Shown here: in pieces, positions 1 to 10,730 of the stretch
Layout of the letters: the number at the start of each line of letters is the position of its first letter
Position numbering within the stretch: the first letter of the stretch is position 1
DNA from: a bacterium
Lineage (GTDB): Bacteria; UBA8248
Assembly: GCA_965221165.1 (NCBI GenBank)
Contig: CBDCRP010000002.1
Coordinates: 896,001-960,000, forward strand
Reading direction: 5' to 3'
DNA: 64,000 nucleotides
Program-made: the position numbers and the translations under genes
Notes under the pieces: model-generated
The model's input: the letters and a program-made list of their open reading frames with translations, nothing else
The model's database searches: none
What the model was told of the DNA's origin: nothing

Positions 1-183
1 GCCTATGACGCAAAATGCGGGCAACTGCGGGGTGATGCGCCGCTCGGCCCTCGGATGTGCGCGCAAAATCCCGCGGTGTTTCAACCCAAGGGGAGTAGTG
101 CTAAAATGCGCATCGCCCGAGGGTCGTATGAATACAAAAGGGCGCGCGCCCTCGCGCACGCCGCCGCACACAGGAGATGAACC

Positions 184-672
184 ATGAAGAGAGTAATGGC
201 CACTGCACTGATAGCCGCATTCAGCCTGGGACTCGCCGGGTGCGACCCCAGCCAGGGACGCATGAAGCAGACCGGCGGCGCGATTCTGGGCGGAATCGCG
301 GGCGGCATGCTCGGCTCGCGGGTCGGCAAGGGCCGGGGTCGCCAGGTGGCGACGATAGCGGGCGTCGTCCTCGGCAGCCTCGTGGGCAGTTCCATCGGAC
401 GGCAACTCGACGAGCGCGACCGGCTCCTGATGTCACGGAGCACACAAAAATCCTTGGAGCGCGGGAAAACGAACGTGGCCAGCACATGGGTGAACCCCGA
501 CTCGGGAAACCGGGGCACCATCACCCCCCGGCGCACCTACCGGGTCCAAAGAGGCTCGACCACCAGGTATTGCCGCGAGTTCCGGCAGAGCATCACCGTG
601 GGCGGCAAAACCGAGCGCGCCTACGGCCGGGCCTGCCGCCAGCCCGACGGAAGCTGGAAGATCGTCAACTAG
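184..672 (+). CDS. 17 kDa surface antigen-like glycine-zipper lipoprotein
   Basis: Lipobox LAGC; glycine zipper GGAILGGIAGGMLG...G-x-LVGSSIG; C-terminal CREF...GRACRQPDGSW typical of Rickettsia 17 kDa antigen-like proteins; AGGAG RBS. Confidence 0.88.
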   Translation: MKRVMATALIAAFSLGLAGCDPSQGRMKQTGGAILGGIAGGMLGSRVGKGRGRQVATIAGVVLGSLVGSSIGRQLDERDRLLMSRSTQKSLERGKTNVASTWVNPDSGNRGTITPRRTYRVQRGSTTRYCREFRQSITVGGKTERAYGRACRQPDGSWKIVN

Positions 673-804
673 GCTCGCGCGCCGCACCACAAGCGCGCCC
701 GGTGCATACCCCTCGACCTCGCCCGGTCAATCCGCGCTCGCTTGGAGCTTCCCCTCGCAAGGGATATAATCCGGGTTCACGGGATCATCCGAGAGGGGCG
801 TTTC

Positions 805-1203
805 ATGAAAAGACGCATCTGCGCCGGCGTGGCGTTCATGTTCTTCCTATCCGGATGCGCAGGTTCAGGGCCGAAACCGGTGGCGCGCTATGCGCTTACG
901 GATGAGAAGCGCAACTGCGCGTCGATTAAGGCGGAAATCAAGGCGAATAAAACCGAAATCGCGAAAAAGAACACCGAGCGAAAGAACAAGACGAACAAAA
1001 ACCTCACCCTGGGCGCTGCGGGCGTGTTCCTTATCGTGCCGTGGTTCTTCATGGACTTGAAGGGCAAGGAAGCGGGCGAGACCGAAGCGCTCGAGCGCCG
1101 CAACGCCGCACTTCGCCGGATCGCCTTCACCAAGGGCTGCATCGCGCCGCTTCCCATCGTCACCCATCAGAGAAAACCGAAAACGGGGAAGAAAGCGAAA
1201 TAG
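805..1203 (+). CDS. Hypothetical lipoprotein
   Basis: ATG at 805 after GAGGGG; lipobox LSGC; C-x-x-I-x-A-E coiled segment and hydrophobic LIVPWFFMDL stretch. Confidence 0.7.
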   Translation: MKRRICAGVAFMFFLSGCAGSGPKPVARYALTDEKRNCASIKAEIKANKTEIAKKNTERKNKTNKNLTLGAAGVFLIVPWFFMDLKGKEAGETEALERRNAALRRIAFTKGCIAPLPIVTHQRKPKTGKKAK

Positions 1204-1365
1204 GAGTAAGACTCAAAAACAAACCAAGCAAGCCATGAACGAGACGGCCCGCGCTTATCTGGAATTTCCGTCTTTTAAGGAATATAATCCATATTTTAGA
1301 AAAACCCTGGGCCAAATAGTTCGGAGCGTGGACAAGAGATATTTCCAACACCTGGGATCAATAGC

Positions 1366-2310
1366 GTGAATACCGACGTAACCATCCACTCATCAAACCT
1401 TAACGCCACAGGAGAGAGTTCCTGCCGCCGAACACGGCTTTCATCACCCTCACAAATCGGCTACCTCAGAGTAGACGATCCTGAGGGCCCTCCCTTTGGT
1501 TCCATAGGGAGGTCTCTACTCATACACGGGGATGCCCATCAAGCACTTGATTTGTTACCGGATGAATCCGTACAAACTGTCGTTACCTCCCCACCGTACT
1601 GGTCGCTTCGGGATTATGAGGTGGAGGACCAGATCGGACGTGACGACGCTTTGGAGGATTATACAAACAGCATCGTGACAACTTTTGGAAAACTAAGACG
1701 CGTTCTCCGAACTGATGGAACGGTGTGGTTGAACATTGGAGACGCATACACGTCGGGAAACCGCCGCTACCGAGCACCGGACAAAAAGAATCGCGCTCGT
1801 GCAATGAAAGTCAGGCCGCCGACTCCGGGCGGACTGAAACCGAAAGACCTGATCGGAGTTCCGTGGCGATTGGCGTTTGCGCTGCAAAACGCCGGGTGGT
1901 GGCTTCGTTCGGAAGTGATCTGGCACAAGCCGAACGCGCATCCGGAATCGGTTCGGGACCGGCCTACGAAAGCACACGAGACATTGTTTCTACTTTCTCA
2001 GAACCAAAATTATTATTACGACGTTGGAGCCGTCCGAGGGCCGAATAATCGGAGGCTCCGCACTGTTTGGGACATTCCTACGGAACCTAGAAAGAACGGA
2101 CATGTGGACGATCACCCAGCGATCATGCCAATGTCGCTCGCAAGCAGATGCGTCAGCATTACCACCAAACCAGAAAGCGTTGTGCTCGATCCCTTCGCCG
2201 GATCGGGAACAACTTTGCTCGCCGCGCAAAAACTCGGTCGAAAATGGGTGGGTGTCGAACTCAAAGCCTCATTCGTGAACCTGATAGAGCGACGAATGAA
2301 CGGCAAATGA
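1366..2310 (+). CDS. Site-specific DNA methyltransferase, beta class (probable N4-methylcytosine)
   Basis: Catalytic TSPPY precedes SAM-binding DPFAGSGT; KPKDLIGVPWRLAFAL and WHKPN...ESVRDRPT motifs of M.SmaI/M.Cfr9I-like enzymes. Confidence 0.93.
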   Translation: MNTDVTIHSSNLNATGESSCRRTRLSSPSQIGYLRVDDPEGPPFGSIGRSLLIHGDAHQALDLLPDESVQTVVTSPPYWSLRDYEVEDQIGRDDALEDYTNSIVTTFGKLRRVLRTDGTVWLNIGDAYTSGNRRYRAPDKKNRARAMKVRPPTPGGLKPKDLIGVPWRLAFALQNAGWWLRSEVIWHKPNAHPESVRDRPTKAHETLFLLSQNQNYYYDVGAVRGPNNRRLRTVWDIPTEPRKNGHVDDHPAIMPMSLASRCVSITTKPESVVLDPFAGSGTTLLAAQKLGRKWVGVELKASFVNLIERRMNGK

Positions 2311-3053
2311 CTCTCCAAGAGCTTAAATCTAAACTAGACCAATTATCACCAGTCAAAGTGCAGTTCGTGGCGAAGGTTATCGAGGCCCTTACAAATCCGC
2401 CACAAGTAAGCATCAAAAAGGGAACTTGGATTACCCACTCCGCGGATTGGATGGAGTATTTCGGTCTCGCGCTTTCGTTGCATCACGGAACAACCACAGA
2501 ACCTCTGGACCGGACCAGGTTCGAGACCGTATTCAGGAATGCCTGTACTTCCGTAAACTGGAAAGTCGATGAACCGGGAAGCCCGACCAGGCGCTTTGTC
2601 GACCTTGAAGTTCAAGCAGGCGATGATCTTAAAAGACGAATTTCATTGAAATCGACCTCTGCAAAAAACTTGTCAGAAACGAGAGTTCATATTTCTAAAC
2701 TGACCGAAGCAGCATGGATACAGGATCTGCGCAGAGCGCAAGAACGACGCAACCAAACGCTCAGTTTGTTCAAAGAGTATACGAGCGCCGTAGATGCAAT
2801 CGTTATGTTGAGGGCATTTAGGGAGGGAAACAATATCCCGCATCGCTACCAGCTTATTGAGATTCCGACTGCGATTTTCGATTCAGTTCAAAAAGCTCCG
2901 GTGGAAACTTTCAGGAATGACGCGCCGGTTATCGAATCCAATATGAAAGGAGTTACCGTCGCTCGGGTTGCGATAGATCGTTCCGATGCAAAAATTACAG
3001 TCCGTAGTATCCTCTTGAGCGCGTGCGTTGTTCATGCGGAATGGCTTACCTGA
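2307..3053 (+). CDS. Type II restriction endonuclease, SmaI-like
   Basis: ATGA overlap with the MTase stop; motifs HH..T..L....FE, D...ISLK, HISKLTE, YQLIEIP, C.VHAEW recall R.SmaI (from memory, not aligned). Confidence 0.75.
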   Translation: MTLQELKSKLDQLSPVKVQFVAKVIEALTNPPQVSIKKGTWITHSADWMEYFGLALSLHHGTTTEPLDRTRFETVFRNACTSVNWKVDEPGSPTRRFVDLEVQAGDDLKRRISLKSTSAKNLSETRVHISKLTEAAWIQDLRRAQERRNQTLSLFKEYTSAVDAIVMLRAFREGNNIPHRYQLIEIPTAIFDSVQKAPVETFRNDAPVIESNMKGVTVARVAIDRSDAKITVRSILLSACVVHAEWLT

Positions 3054-3127
3054 CCAACCCTACGTGTTAACCAGTGAAAAATTACTTAACCCATCGCCTC
3101 GCCGCCATGTAACGTAAAGGGCCGCGC

Positions 3128-3979
3128 ATGCCGAAAAACCACGCAGGAAACTTTCTTCTTAAATCCTTGCTCATCGCCGTCTTGGGAGTCTGCTTCCTGG
3201 GCGTCCCCCGCGCAGAGGCAGCGGAATGCTCCTACGGCCCCTACACGGGGCGCTGCCGCGACATCGGGCTCATGCGGTCGGTCAAGCGCAATTCGGAAAA
3301 ACTCACCTCCGCGCGCTCTATACTCTGGGTGGAAAAACACTATCTCTCCCCTGATGCGGCGAGCGATTTGCACCGGCGGATAGATGCAGGCATAGAGGCC
3401 GTCGAGAAGTTTCTGGGCTTTAAGTTCTCACGCGCGGCCTACGGGCAGGAGAAATTAGAATTCTTCGTCCATAGCAGGCGCGCGCCCTCACACACCATAA
3501 CCGGCTACCAACCACGAGAATACATGCACCCGGTCGTGTTTCTCTCTTTCGCCAAAAGAAAAAGAACGCCCTACCTGCACGAGACGGTCCACATCATCGC
3601 GTGGGACTGGAACGCGCTGTGGCTCAAGGAGGGCCTCGCCGTTCACTTGAACGATCGCTTAAGCGGCTACCCCGCCTTTCCTAATTTCGGGGAATCGGTG
3701 GACGATTTCGCGAGCCGCGTCCTCAGGCGCGAGTTCCCTCCCGCGACGAAAGCGCTCGACCTCATGGGCGAAAACGGAGTGCCCGGATTCGAGAACAGGC
3801 GCGTGCGGCGCATGTTCTACATACTCGCAGGCTCCTACGTCGGCTATCTTCTCGATAAGATGGGCGTAAAGAAACTCATGCGGGTCTACGCCGCAAAGGA
3901 CACCAAGGCCGCCATTCTCAAGGAGACGGGAAAACCCGCCTGGCGGTGGAAGGAGGCGTGGCTGGGTGAGGTGAGGTAG
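3128..3979 (+). CDS. Secreted gluzincin-like metallopeptidase-domain protein
   Basis: Signal peptide ending A-E-A; HETVH followed by WLKEGLA (HExxH plus downstream E). Confidence 0.65.
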   Translation: MPKNHAGNFLLKSLLIAVLGVCFLGVPRAEAAECSYGPYTGRCRDIGLMRSVKRNSEKLTSARSILWVEKHYLSPDAASDLHRRIDAGIEAVEKFLGFKFSRAAYGQEKLEFFVHSRRAPSHTITGYQPREYMHPVVFLSFAKRKRTPYLHETVHIIAWDWNALWLKEGLAVHLNDRLSGYPAFPNFGESVDDFASRVLRREFPPATKALDLMGENGVPGFENRRVRRMFYILAGSYVGYLLDKMGVKKLMRVYAAKDTKAAILKETGKPAWRWKEAWLGEVR

Positions 3980-4360
3980 TCAATCCCGCATGCCGCCGAA
4001 TTTCCATTCCAGATCCAGGGGAAATTCCTCCTGCATCTTCTCGACGTAGGCGAGCACGTCCTCGCGGCGAAAGCGCGCGCTCTTGAACGAGGGATGGTTT
4101 TCGGGCCGCCTTTCACCCGCGCGCGGGGGCGGGCGGCGCAGGTAGACGGGCCGGAGGCAGGGACTCTCGCTCGCGCAGTCCTCGGCGATGATGGCGTCGA
4201 GCGTACGGTAGCTCTTATAGCCCAAAACCCTGGCCAGCATGGGTTTTGTGAGAAACGCCTCTTCCTCGAGAATCCGGCGCGGGGTTCTCGGGTCCGGCGG
4301 GGATTGTTTCGCCCTTCTCTCGCGCCGCTTGCGCACGGGGGCCTTCTTTGAGGGCGGCAT
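3980..4360 (-). CDS. Hypothetical protein, excisionase/AlpA-like HTH
   Basis: LTKPMLARVLGYKSYRTL helix-turn-helix and RFRREDVLAYV wing-helix pattern; TGATG-coupled to the upstream gene. Confidence 0.55.
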   Translation of the reverse strand: MPPSKKAPVRKRRERRAKQSPPDPRTPRRILEEEAFLTKPMLARVLGYKSYRTLDAIIAEDCASESPCLRPVYLRRPPPRAGERRPENHPSFKSARFRREDVLAYVEKMQEEFPLDLEWKFGGMRD

Positions 4361-4641
4361 CAGCAAAGCGCCTCGGCGAGCGGCAGAACGCGCACGTCGC
4401 GCCTGCGCGCTCTCTTCGCCCGGATGAGCGCATCGGCGCGCGCGCGGGCGGATTCCACATTCGGGAAGAGGAGGCGCACGCACCTCTCGCGATTTAAGTC
4501 CCGATAGACGAGCAGCACGCCCCCTTCGGGCACGCCGAAACCCTCATCCACCAGATCGGCCAGCGTCCGCTCGTGCGTTCCGATGAAGGAGACGGCCTCG
4601 TTCATGACGCCTCTCCCGGACATCCGCATGGTGATATGCAT
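4360..4641 (-). CDS. Small hypothetical protein
   Basis: Strong GGAGGAGG RBS; stop overlaps the start of the next gene. Confidence 0.55.
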   Translation of the reverse strand: MHITMRMSGRGVMNEAVSFIGTHERTLADLVDEGFGVPEGGVLLVYRDLNRERCVRLLFPNVESARARADALIRAKRARRRDVRVLPLAEALC

Positions 4642-4856
4642 GGCGCCTCCTCCGTGAGAAGTAATAAATGCCCGGATGACCCACGTGGTCTTGAAGGTGC
4701 GGTGGTGTCAGAAGGGAGCGTCTCACGGGCGGTGTGAGACGCCGTATTCGGTGGGGAAGATGGTGGGGATTTGCGGGACGGATCATCCGGGCGAGTCGAA
4801 TTTGCGAAAACATCGCTAAATCTGGATATGTTCACGACGTTTTTCGAAAAATCCAT
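4602..4856 (-). CDS. Small hypothetical protein (Pro/Ser-rich)
   Basis: GGAG/AAGGA upstream of ATG; directly downstream of a strong promoter; low complexity, overlaps the next gene. Confidence 0.3.
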   Translation of the reverse strand: MDFSKNVVNISRFSDVFANSTRPDDPSRKSPPSSPPNTASHTARETLPSDTTAPSRPRGSSGHLLLLTEEAPCISPCGCPGEAS

Positions 4857-4952
4857 GAAATTTCCTTTTTCTCCATAAAAAAAGCAACATCAACGAGATG
4901 AACGGTTCAATCACTTGTGCGCGATCTTCTCGTTCACAGGTCAAGCAAAGCG

Positions 4953-4981
4953 AATATATCTATATATAACCAATATGTCAA
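4953..4981 (-). promoter_or_regulatory. Sigma70-type promoter for the small-gene operon
   Basis: TTGACA-17 bp-TATATT on the minus strand in an AT-rich region. Confidence 0.65.
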
Positions 4982-5080
4982 TAAAAATATCTAAAAATAA
5001 TTATATCGGGAAAGATGCCCGGATAATCGTTGATAAAAAGGGAGATGTGGAGGAAGTACGGCGGCGGCGAGCGGATGCGG

Positions 5081-5965
5081 CTAGTCGAGATCCCTGTCCA
5101 GCAGTTCGATGAAGCGCTTCACGCCGCCGTGGAGCGGTTTGTCGCGCCTGTAGATGATGCCCAGGGGCCGGATGATGCGCTCCCCCTCGAAGGGCAGCAC
5201 GGTCAGCGTGTTCATGGCTCTTTCGTTCTGAACGGCCGAACCCGGGAGAATGCTCACCCAGGTGTCGATGAAAAGCGCTTCCTTGATGCTCTCCACGTTG
5301 TCGAACTCCATGACGACGTCCACGCTCACGCCCGCTTTGCGGAAGGCCCTGTCTATCGCGCTGCGGATCCGGAGGTCGCCATCGAACGCCACGAACGGCT
5401 CGCCTGCGAGATCGGATAGTTTCACCATGTGCCGAAAAGCCAGTTGATGCCCCGGATGGGATACGAAGAACATGGGCTCCTCCTTGAAGGGAACGACCCG
5501 GAGCGCCTTGTCTCGCGGAGGATAGGAGAGAATCCCGATGTCCGCCGCGTCATCCAGAACCGATTGCACCACCTTCTCGGGATGCAGGCATTCCAGGAGA
5601 ACCCGCGCCTGGGGATACAAGGCGCGAAACCGCTGCATGTACGCGCCCATCTGGTGAAGCCCCACCGAGTAGATGGCGGCGACGTGCACCTGCCCGTGCA
5701 CCTCGCCGATGCCGTGTGATATTTCCGTGCACACCTGGTCGAATTCCCCGAGCAGCTTCCGGCACCCCTCGTAAAACCGGGCGCCTTCTTCCGTGATGTC
5801 GAAGGGCCGCTTGCTTCTGTCGAGCAACTCGACGCTCAAATCCCCTTCCAACTGGCGAAGGGCCTGACTCGCCGCGGACTGGGTCACGCCGCTTTGAGCA
5901 GCTCCCTTGGAAAAACTTCTCTCCTGGATAATGCGGCAATACAGCCTCAAGGTCTCGATATTCAT
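5081..5965 (-). CDS. LysR-family transcriptional regulator
   Basis: N-terminal HTH SFSKGA...TQSAASQALRQLE...LLDRS; divergent from gltB across an AT-rich spacer. Confidence 0.93.
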   Translation of the reverse strand: MNIETLRLYCRIIQERSFSKGAAQSGVTQSAASQALRQLEGDLSVELLDRSKRPFDITEEGARFYEGCRKLLGEFDQVCTEISHGIGEVHGQVHVAAIYSVGLHQMGAYMQRFRALYPQARVLLECLHPEKVVQSVLDDAADIGILSYPPRDKALRVVPFKEEPMFFVSHPGHQLAFRHMVKLSDLAGEPFVAFDGDLRIRSAIDRAFRKAGVSVDVVMEFDNVESIKEALFIDTWVSILPGSAVQNERAMNTLTVLPFEGERIIRPLGIIYRRDKPLHGGVKRFIELLDRDLD

Positions 5966-6173
5966 GGGGAAGAACATACAATATAAATAATTCTAATGCA
6001 ATATATTAAATATTTTAGTTTGTCTTATTTTCAAGGGTATGTTACAGTCCAGATTCTGTTGTATGGAAATCACCACACGATATCCATAAGACACATTCAG
6101 GAGTTCCCTCGGACCATGGGAAGACAGGGAACTTGCCGAGCGAGATTCCCTGAGAAAGAAAGTTGGTGAAACG

Positions 6174-9100
6174 ATGAGAAAGCCCTTACAAAAACAGGGT
6201 CTGTATGATCCTGCCTTCGAACACGACGCATGCGGCGTCGCTTTTGTCGTGGACATCAAGGGACGCAAATCCCACGACATCGTCGAAAAATCCCTCACCA
6301 TTCTCCGCAACCTCGCCCACCGGGGGGCCACGGGTTCTGAAATCAACACGGGCGACGGGGCGGGAGTTTTAATCCAGATACCCGACAAGTTCCTGCGCAA
6401 GGCCTGTGAGGCCGAAAAATTCAGGATTCCGGCGGAAGGCCGCTACGGGGTGGGTTCGGTGTTTCTCCCCAAATCCCCGAGCCGGGCGAATGAGTGCGAG
6501 CAAATCTTCGAGTCCATCGTGTACGAGGAGGGCGCCGTCGTTCTCGGCTGGAGGCCGGTGCCGAACGATCTCTCCTCGGTCGGGCCCACGGCGCGCGAAG
6601 CCGCGCCGCAATTTCGCCAGGTCTTCATCGGCGGATTCGACGACTCCCTCGACGCCATGGGGATAGAACGACGGCTCTACGTCATCAGAAAGCGCGTGGA
6701 GCACGCGATTCGCGAGTCGGACATAAGAGACAGGGACGAGTTCTTCATCCCCTCGCTCTCCGCGCGCACGATGGTCTACAAGGGTATGCTCACCGCGAAA
6801 CAACTCGAAGACGTATTTCCGGATCTGAGCGACCCGGACATGGAATCGGGACTGGCCTTGATCCACTCGCGCTTCTCCACCAATACGTTCCCCTCCTGGC
6901 CCCTGGCGCACCCGTATCGATGCCTCGCCCACAACGGCGAGATCAACACCTTGCGCGGCAACATCAACTGGATGCGCGCCCGGGAGGTGTTTTGCGAATC
7001 TCCGCATCTGCCCGATCTCGAAAAAGTCCTGCCCATCATCGTCGAGGGCGGAAGCGATTCGGCGATCTTCGACAACGTGCTGGAATTTCTCTACATGGCC
7101 GGCCGGGAAATGCCGCATGCCGTGTTGATGATGATTCCCGAGCCCTGGGTGGGCCATGAGTCCATGAGCGCGGAGAGAAAGGCATTTTACGGGTTCCACG
7201 CCAGCCTCATGGAGCCGTGGGACGGCCCCGCCTGCATCACGTTCACCGATGGTTCGGTCATCGGCGCCGCGCTGGACAGAAACGGCCTGCGGCCCGCCAG
7301 ATACTACGTCACGCACGACGACCTGCTCGTCATGGCGTCCGAGGTGGGCGTTCTCGACATTCCGCCCGAGAACGTAAAGCTCAAAGAACGCCTACACCCG
7401 GGACGAATCCTCCTCGTGGACACCGAAGAGGGCCGCATCGTCGACGATGAGGAAATCAAGTCGCGCTATGCGTCGGAGCATCCATACAAGGAGTGGCTGG
7501 AGGCGCACCTGGTGCACCTGAACAAGCTGCCGGACGCTTCGGAACTTCCCGAACCCGACCACCAGACCATCCTCAAAAGACAAAAAATCTTTGGGTACAC
7601 CCAGGAAGATCTGCGATTTTTCATCGGCCCCATGGTGAACCTGAAAAACGATCCCACGGGTTCTATGGGCAACGACGCGGCGCTTGCCGTCCTCTCGAAC
7701 CGGCCCCGTCTCCTGTACGATTATTTCAAGCAGCTTTTCGCCCAGGTGACGAACCCGCCCATCGACGCCATTCGCGAAGAAATCGTCACGCAGCTATCCT
7801 CCACCGTAGGCCCGCAGAAAAACCTGCTGGCCTCGGAACCCGACTCCTGCCAGCAGGTGAAGCTCGATTCCCCCATTCTCAGCAACGGGGATATCCACAA
7901 ACTCGCCCGCATCAATCGGCCGGGTCTGAGAGCGGTCACCCTGCCCATTCTCTTCTGGGCCGAAGATGGCCCCGAGGGCCTCAAGCAGGCGATGGAGGAG
8001 TTGTGCAGAAAGGCCAGCCGCGCCATCGAGCAGGGCTATAGTTTCATCATCCTCTCGGACCGAGGCGTATCGAAAGAATACGCCCCGATCCCCGCCCTTC
8101 TGGCCACCGCCGGCGTTCATCACCATCTCGTGCGGGAGGGAACCAGAACGCGCATCGGGCTTATCCTCGAAACGGGCGAAGCGCGTCAGGTGCATCATTT
8201 GTGCCTGCTGCTCGGCTTCGGGGCCGCGGCCATCAACCCGTATCTCGTTTTTGAAACCATCGACGACATGATCAGAAACGGGCTTATCGAGGACATCGAC
8301 CCCGACACGGCCAGGAAGAACTACATCGCCGCGCTCAACAAGGGCATCCTCAAGGTGATGTCCAAGATGGGCATCTCGACCATTCAGTCGTATCGCGGCG
8401 CGCAGATATTCGAGGCCATCGGCTTAAAACGCGATTTCGTCAAAAAATATTTCACCTGGACGGCCTCGCGCATCGGTGGAATCGGCATCGACGTCGTGGC
8501 CCAGGAAACGCTGAAGCGGCTCAAAACCGCTTTTCCCGACCGGCCCGTCGGCTCCCAGGAACTCGAAGGGGGAGGAGACATCCAGTGGCGCCGGGACGGG
8601 GAATTCCACCTGTTCAACCCCGAGACGGTCTTCAAGCTGCAGCACTCCACGATGTCGGGACGATACGAGATTTTCAAGGAATATACGGACAAGGTCGACA
8701 ACCAGAACAAGCATCTGGCCACGCTGCGCGGTCTTCTGGATTTCAGGACGGCGGAGAAACCCATCCCCCTCGAGGAGGTGGAGCACGCCGAGGAAATCAT
8801 GAAGCGCTTCAACACGGGAGGCATGTCCTACGGCGCCTTGAGTTCCGAGGCCCACGAGACGCTGGCCATCGCCTTAAACCGCATCGGCGGCAAGTCCAAC
8901 TCGGGCGAAGGCGGAGAGGACTCGAAGCGCTATACCCCCGATGAGAACGGCGACCTCAGGCGAAGCGCCGTTCACCAGGTGGCGTCGGGGCGCTTCGGCG
9001 TGACGAGCGAGTATCTGGTCAACTGCACCGACCTGCAGATAAAAATAGCCCAGGGCGCGAAGCCCGGTGAGGGAGGACAGCTCCCCGGCCACAAGGTCTA

Positions 9101-10730
9101 TCCCTGGATAGCCAAAACCAGGCACTCCACGCCCGGGGTGGGGCTCATCTCCCCGCCGCCGCATCACGACATCTATTCGATTGAAGATCTGGCGCAGTTG
9201 ATATACGACCTCAAAAACTCGAATCCGCAAGCGGGCGTTCACGTGAAGCTCGTCTCAGAAGTCGGCGTCGGCACCGTCGCGGCGGGAGTCTCCAAGGCCC
9301 ATGCCGATACGATCCTCATCTCGGGCCACGACGGCGGAACGGGCGCCTCTCCCATCACGAGCATCCTCCACGCGGGCACCCCCTGGGAGTTGGGGCTTGC
9401 CGAAACCCAGCAGGTCCTCGTGCTCAACAGGCTGCGCGACAGGGTGGCCGTCCAGGTGGACGGGCAGATGAAAACCGGGCGCGACGTAATCGTGGGCGCT
9501 TTGCTGGGCGCGGATGAATTCGGGTTTTCCACCGCGCCGCTCGTCGTCATGGGCTGTATTATGATGCGCGTGTGCCATCTGAACACCTGCCCCGTCGGCG
9601 TCGCCTCCCAGGACCCGAAACTGCGCGAGAAATTCGACGGAAAGCCGGAGTTCGTGGAGAATTTCTTCCGCTTCGTCGCCGATGAAGCGCGCGAATACAT
9701 GGCCATGCTCGGCTTCCGATCGATGGCCGAGATGATCGGGCGCGTGGACAGGCTCGACACCAAAAAGGCGGTGAACCACTGGAAGGCGAAGGGCCTTGAT
9801 TTCTCGGCCATCCTCCATAAGCCGGACGCCGGACCCGACGCGGCGATGCACCAGATCACCAGGCAGGACCACGGACTCGAACGCTCGCTCGACATGCGGG
9901 AACTGCTTCCCAGGTGCAAGGATGCGATCGAGGGCAAAACGCCGATAGCCTTCGAGCTTCCCATCCGCAATACCCACAGAACCGTCGGCACCATCACGGG
10001 TTCCGAGGTAACGCGCGCGCATGGCGCGGAGGGCTTGCCCGAAGACACCATCCGCATTCACTTCACCGGCTCCGCCGGGCAGAGCTTCGGCGCCTTCGTA
10101 CCCAAGGGCATGACCCTGACGCTCGAGGGCGACGCAAACGATTACATGGGCAAGGGGCTCTCGGGCGGGAAACTGATCGCCTATCCCCCGAAAGGGGCGG
10201 GTTTCGCGCCGGAGGAGAACATCATCATCGGAAACGTGGCGCTCTTTGGAGCCACGTCGGGAGAGGCGTATTTCCGGGGCGTGGCCGGCGAGCGTTTCTG
10301 TGTGCGAAACAGCGGCGCGCATACGGTGGTGGAGGGCGTGGGTGACCACGGTTGTGAATACATGACGGGCGGCCTCGTCGTCATACTCGGAAAAGCGGGG
10401 CGAAACTTCGCCGCGGGAATGTCGGGAGGCGTCGTCTACGTGCTGGATGAAGAGGGCGACTTCGAGAGGCGCTGCAATACGGAAATGGTGGATATCGAAC
10501 CCTTGCGGGCGCCGGATGACGTCGAAGAAGTGAAGGCCCTCATCCAAAAACACATCGAACATACGGACAGCGCGCGGGCCAGGGATATTCTCGACGCCTG
10601 GGATGCGCACCAGCCCATGTTCGTAAGGGTGATGCCCCGGGACTACAAGCGCGCGCTCACCGCCATCGAGGAGGCGAAAGAAAAAGGCATCCCGTGGGAA
10701 GAAGCCGTCATGGAGGGAGCCCATGGGTAA
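6174..10730 (+). CDS. gltB: Glutamate synthase large subunit
   Basis: 1518 aa; EHDACGV Ntn Cys, [39 protein letters not shown]. Confidence 0.98.
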   Translation: MRKPLQKQGLYDPAFEHDACGVAFVVDIKGRKSHDIVEKSLTILRNLAHRGATGSEINTGDGAGVLIQIPDKFLRKACEAEKFRIPAEGRYGVGSVFLPKSPSRANECEQIFESIVYEEGAVVLGWRPVPNDLSSVGPTAREAAPQFRQVFIGGFDDSLDAMGIERRLYVIRKRVEHAIRESDIRDRDEFFIPSLSARTMVYKGMLTAKQLEDVFPDLSDPDMESGLALIHSRFSTNTFPSWPLAHPYRCLAHNGEINTLRGNINWMRAREVFCESPHLPDLEKVLPIIVEGGSDSAIFDNVLEFLYMAGREMPHAVLMMIPEPWVGHESMSAERKAFYGFHASLMEPWDGPACITFTDGSVIGAALDRNGLRPARYYVTHDDLLVMASEVGVLDIPPENVKLKERLHPGRILLVDTEEGRIVDDEEIKSRYASEHPYKEWLEAHLVHLNKLPDASELPEPDHQTILKRQKIFGYTQEDLRFFIGPMVNLKNDPTGSMGNDAALAVLSNRPRLLYDYFKQLFAQVTNPPIDAIREEIVTQLSSTVGPQKNLLASEPDSCQQVKLDSPILSNGDIHKLARINRPGLRAVTLPILFWAEDGPEGLKQAMEELCRKASRAIEQGYSFIILSDRGVSKEYAPIPALLATAGVHHHLVREGTRTRIGLILETGEARQVHHLCLLLGFGAAAINPYLVFETIDDMIRNGLIEDIDPDTARKNYIAALNKGILKVMSKMGISTIQSYRGAQIFEAIGLKRDFVKKYFTWTASRIGGIGIDVVAQETLKRLKTAFPDRPVGSQELEGGGDIQWRRDGEFHLFNPETVFKLQHSTMSGRYEIFKEYTDKVDNQNKHLATLRGLLDFRTAEKPIPLEEVEHAEEIMKRFNTGGMSYGALSSEAHETLAIALNRIGGKSNSGEGGEDSKRYTPDENGDLRRSAVHQVASGRFGVTSEYLVNCTDLQIKIAQGAKPGEGGQLPGHKVYPWIAKTRHSTPGVGLISPPPHHDIYSIEDLAQLIYDLKNSNPQAGVHVKLVSEVGVGTVAAGVSKAHADTILISGHDGGTGASPITSILHAGTPWELGLAETQQVLVLNRLRDRVAVQVDGQMKTGRDVIVGALLGADEFGFSTAPLVVMGCIMMRVCHLNTCPVGVASQDPKLREKFDGKPEFVENFFRFVADEAREYMAMLGFRSMAEMIGRVDRLDTKKAVNHWKAKGLDFSAILHKPDAGPDAAMHQITRQDHGLERSLDMRELLPRCKDAIEGKTPIAFELPIRNTHRTVGTITGSEVTRAHGAEGLPEDTIRIHFTGSAGQSFGAFVPKGMTLTLEGDANDYMGKGLSGGKLIAYPPKGAGFAPEENIIIGNVALFGATSGEAYFRGVAGERFCVRNSGAHTVVEGVGDHGCEYMTGGLVVILGKAGRNFAAGMSGGVVYVLDEEGDFERRCNTEMVDIEPLRAPDDVEEVKALIQKHIEHTDSARARDILDAWDAHQPMFVRVMPRDYKRALTAIEEAKEKGIPWEEAVMEGAHG

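Noticed and set aside
2148-2306. Upstream extension of the restriction endonuclease ORF
   Set aside because: Lies inside the MTase; the ATGA coupling at 2307 is the more plausible start
9255-10724. 489-aa antisense ORF opposite gltB
   Set aside because: Shadow ORF expected from high-GC codon bias; no motifs
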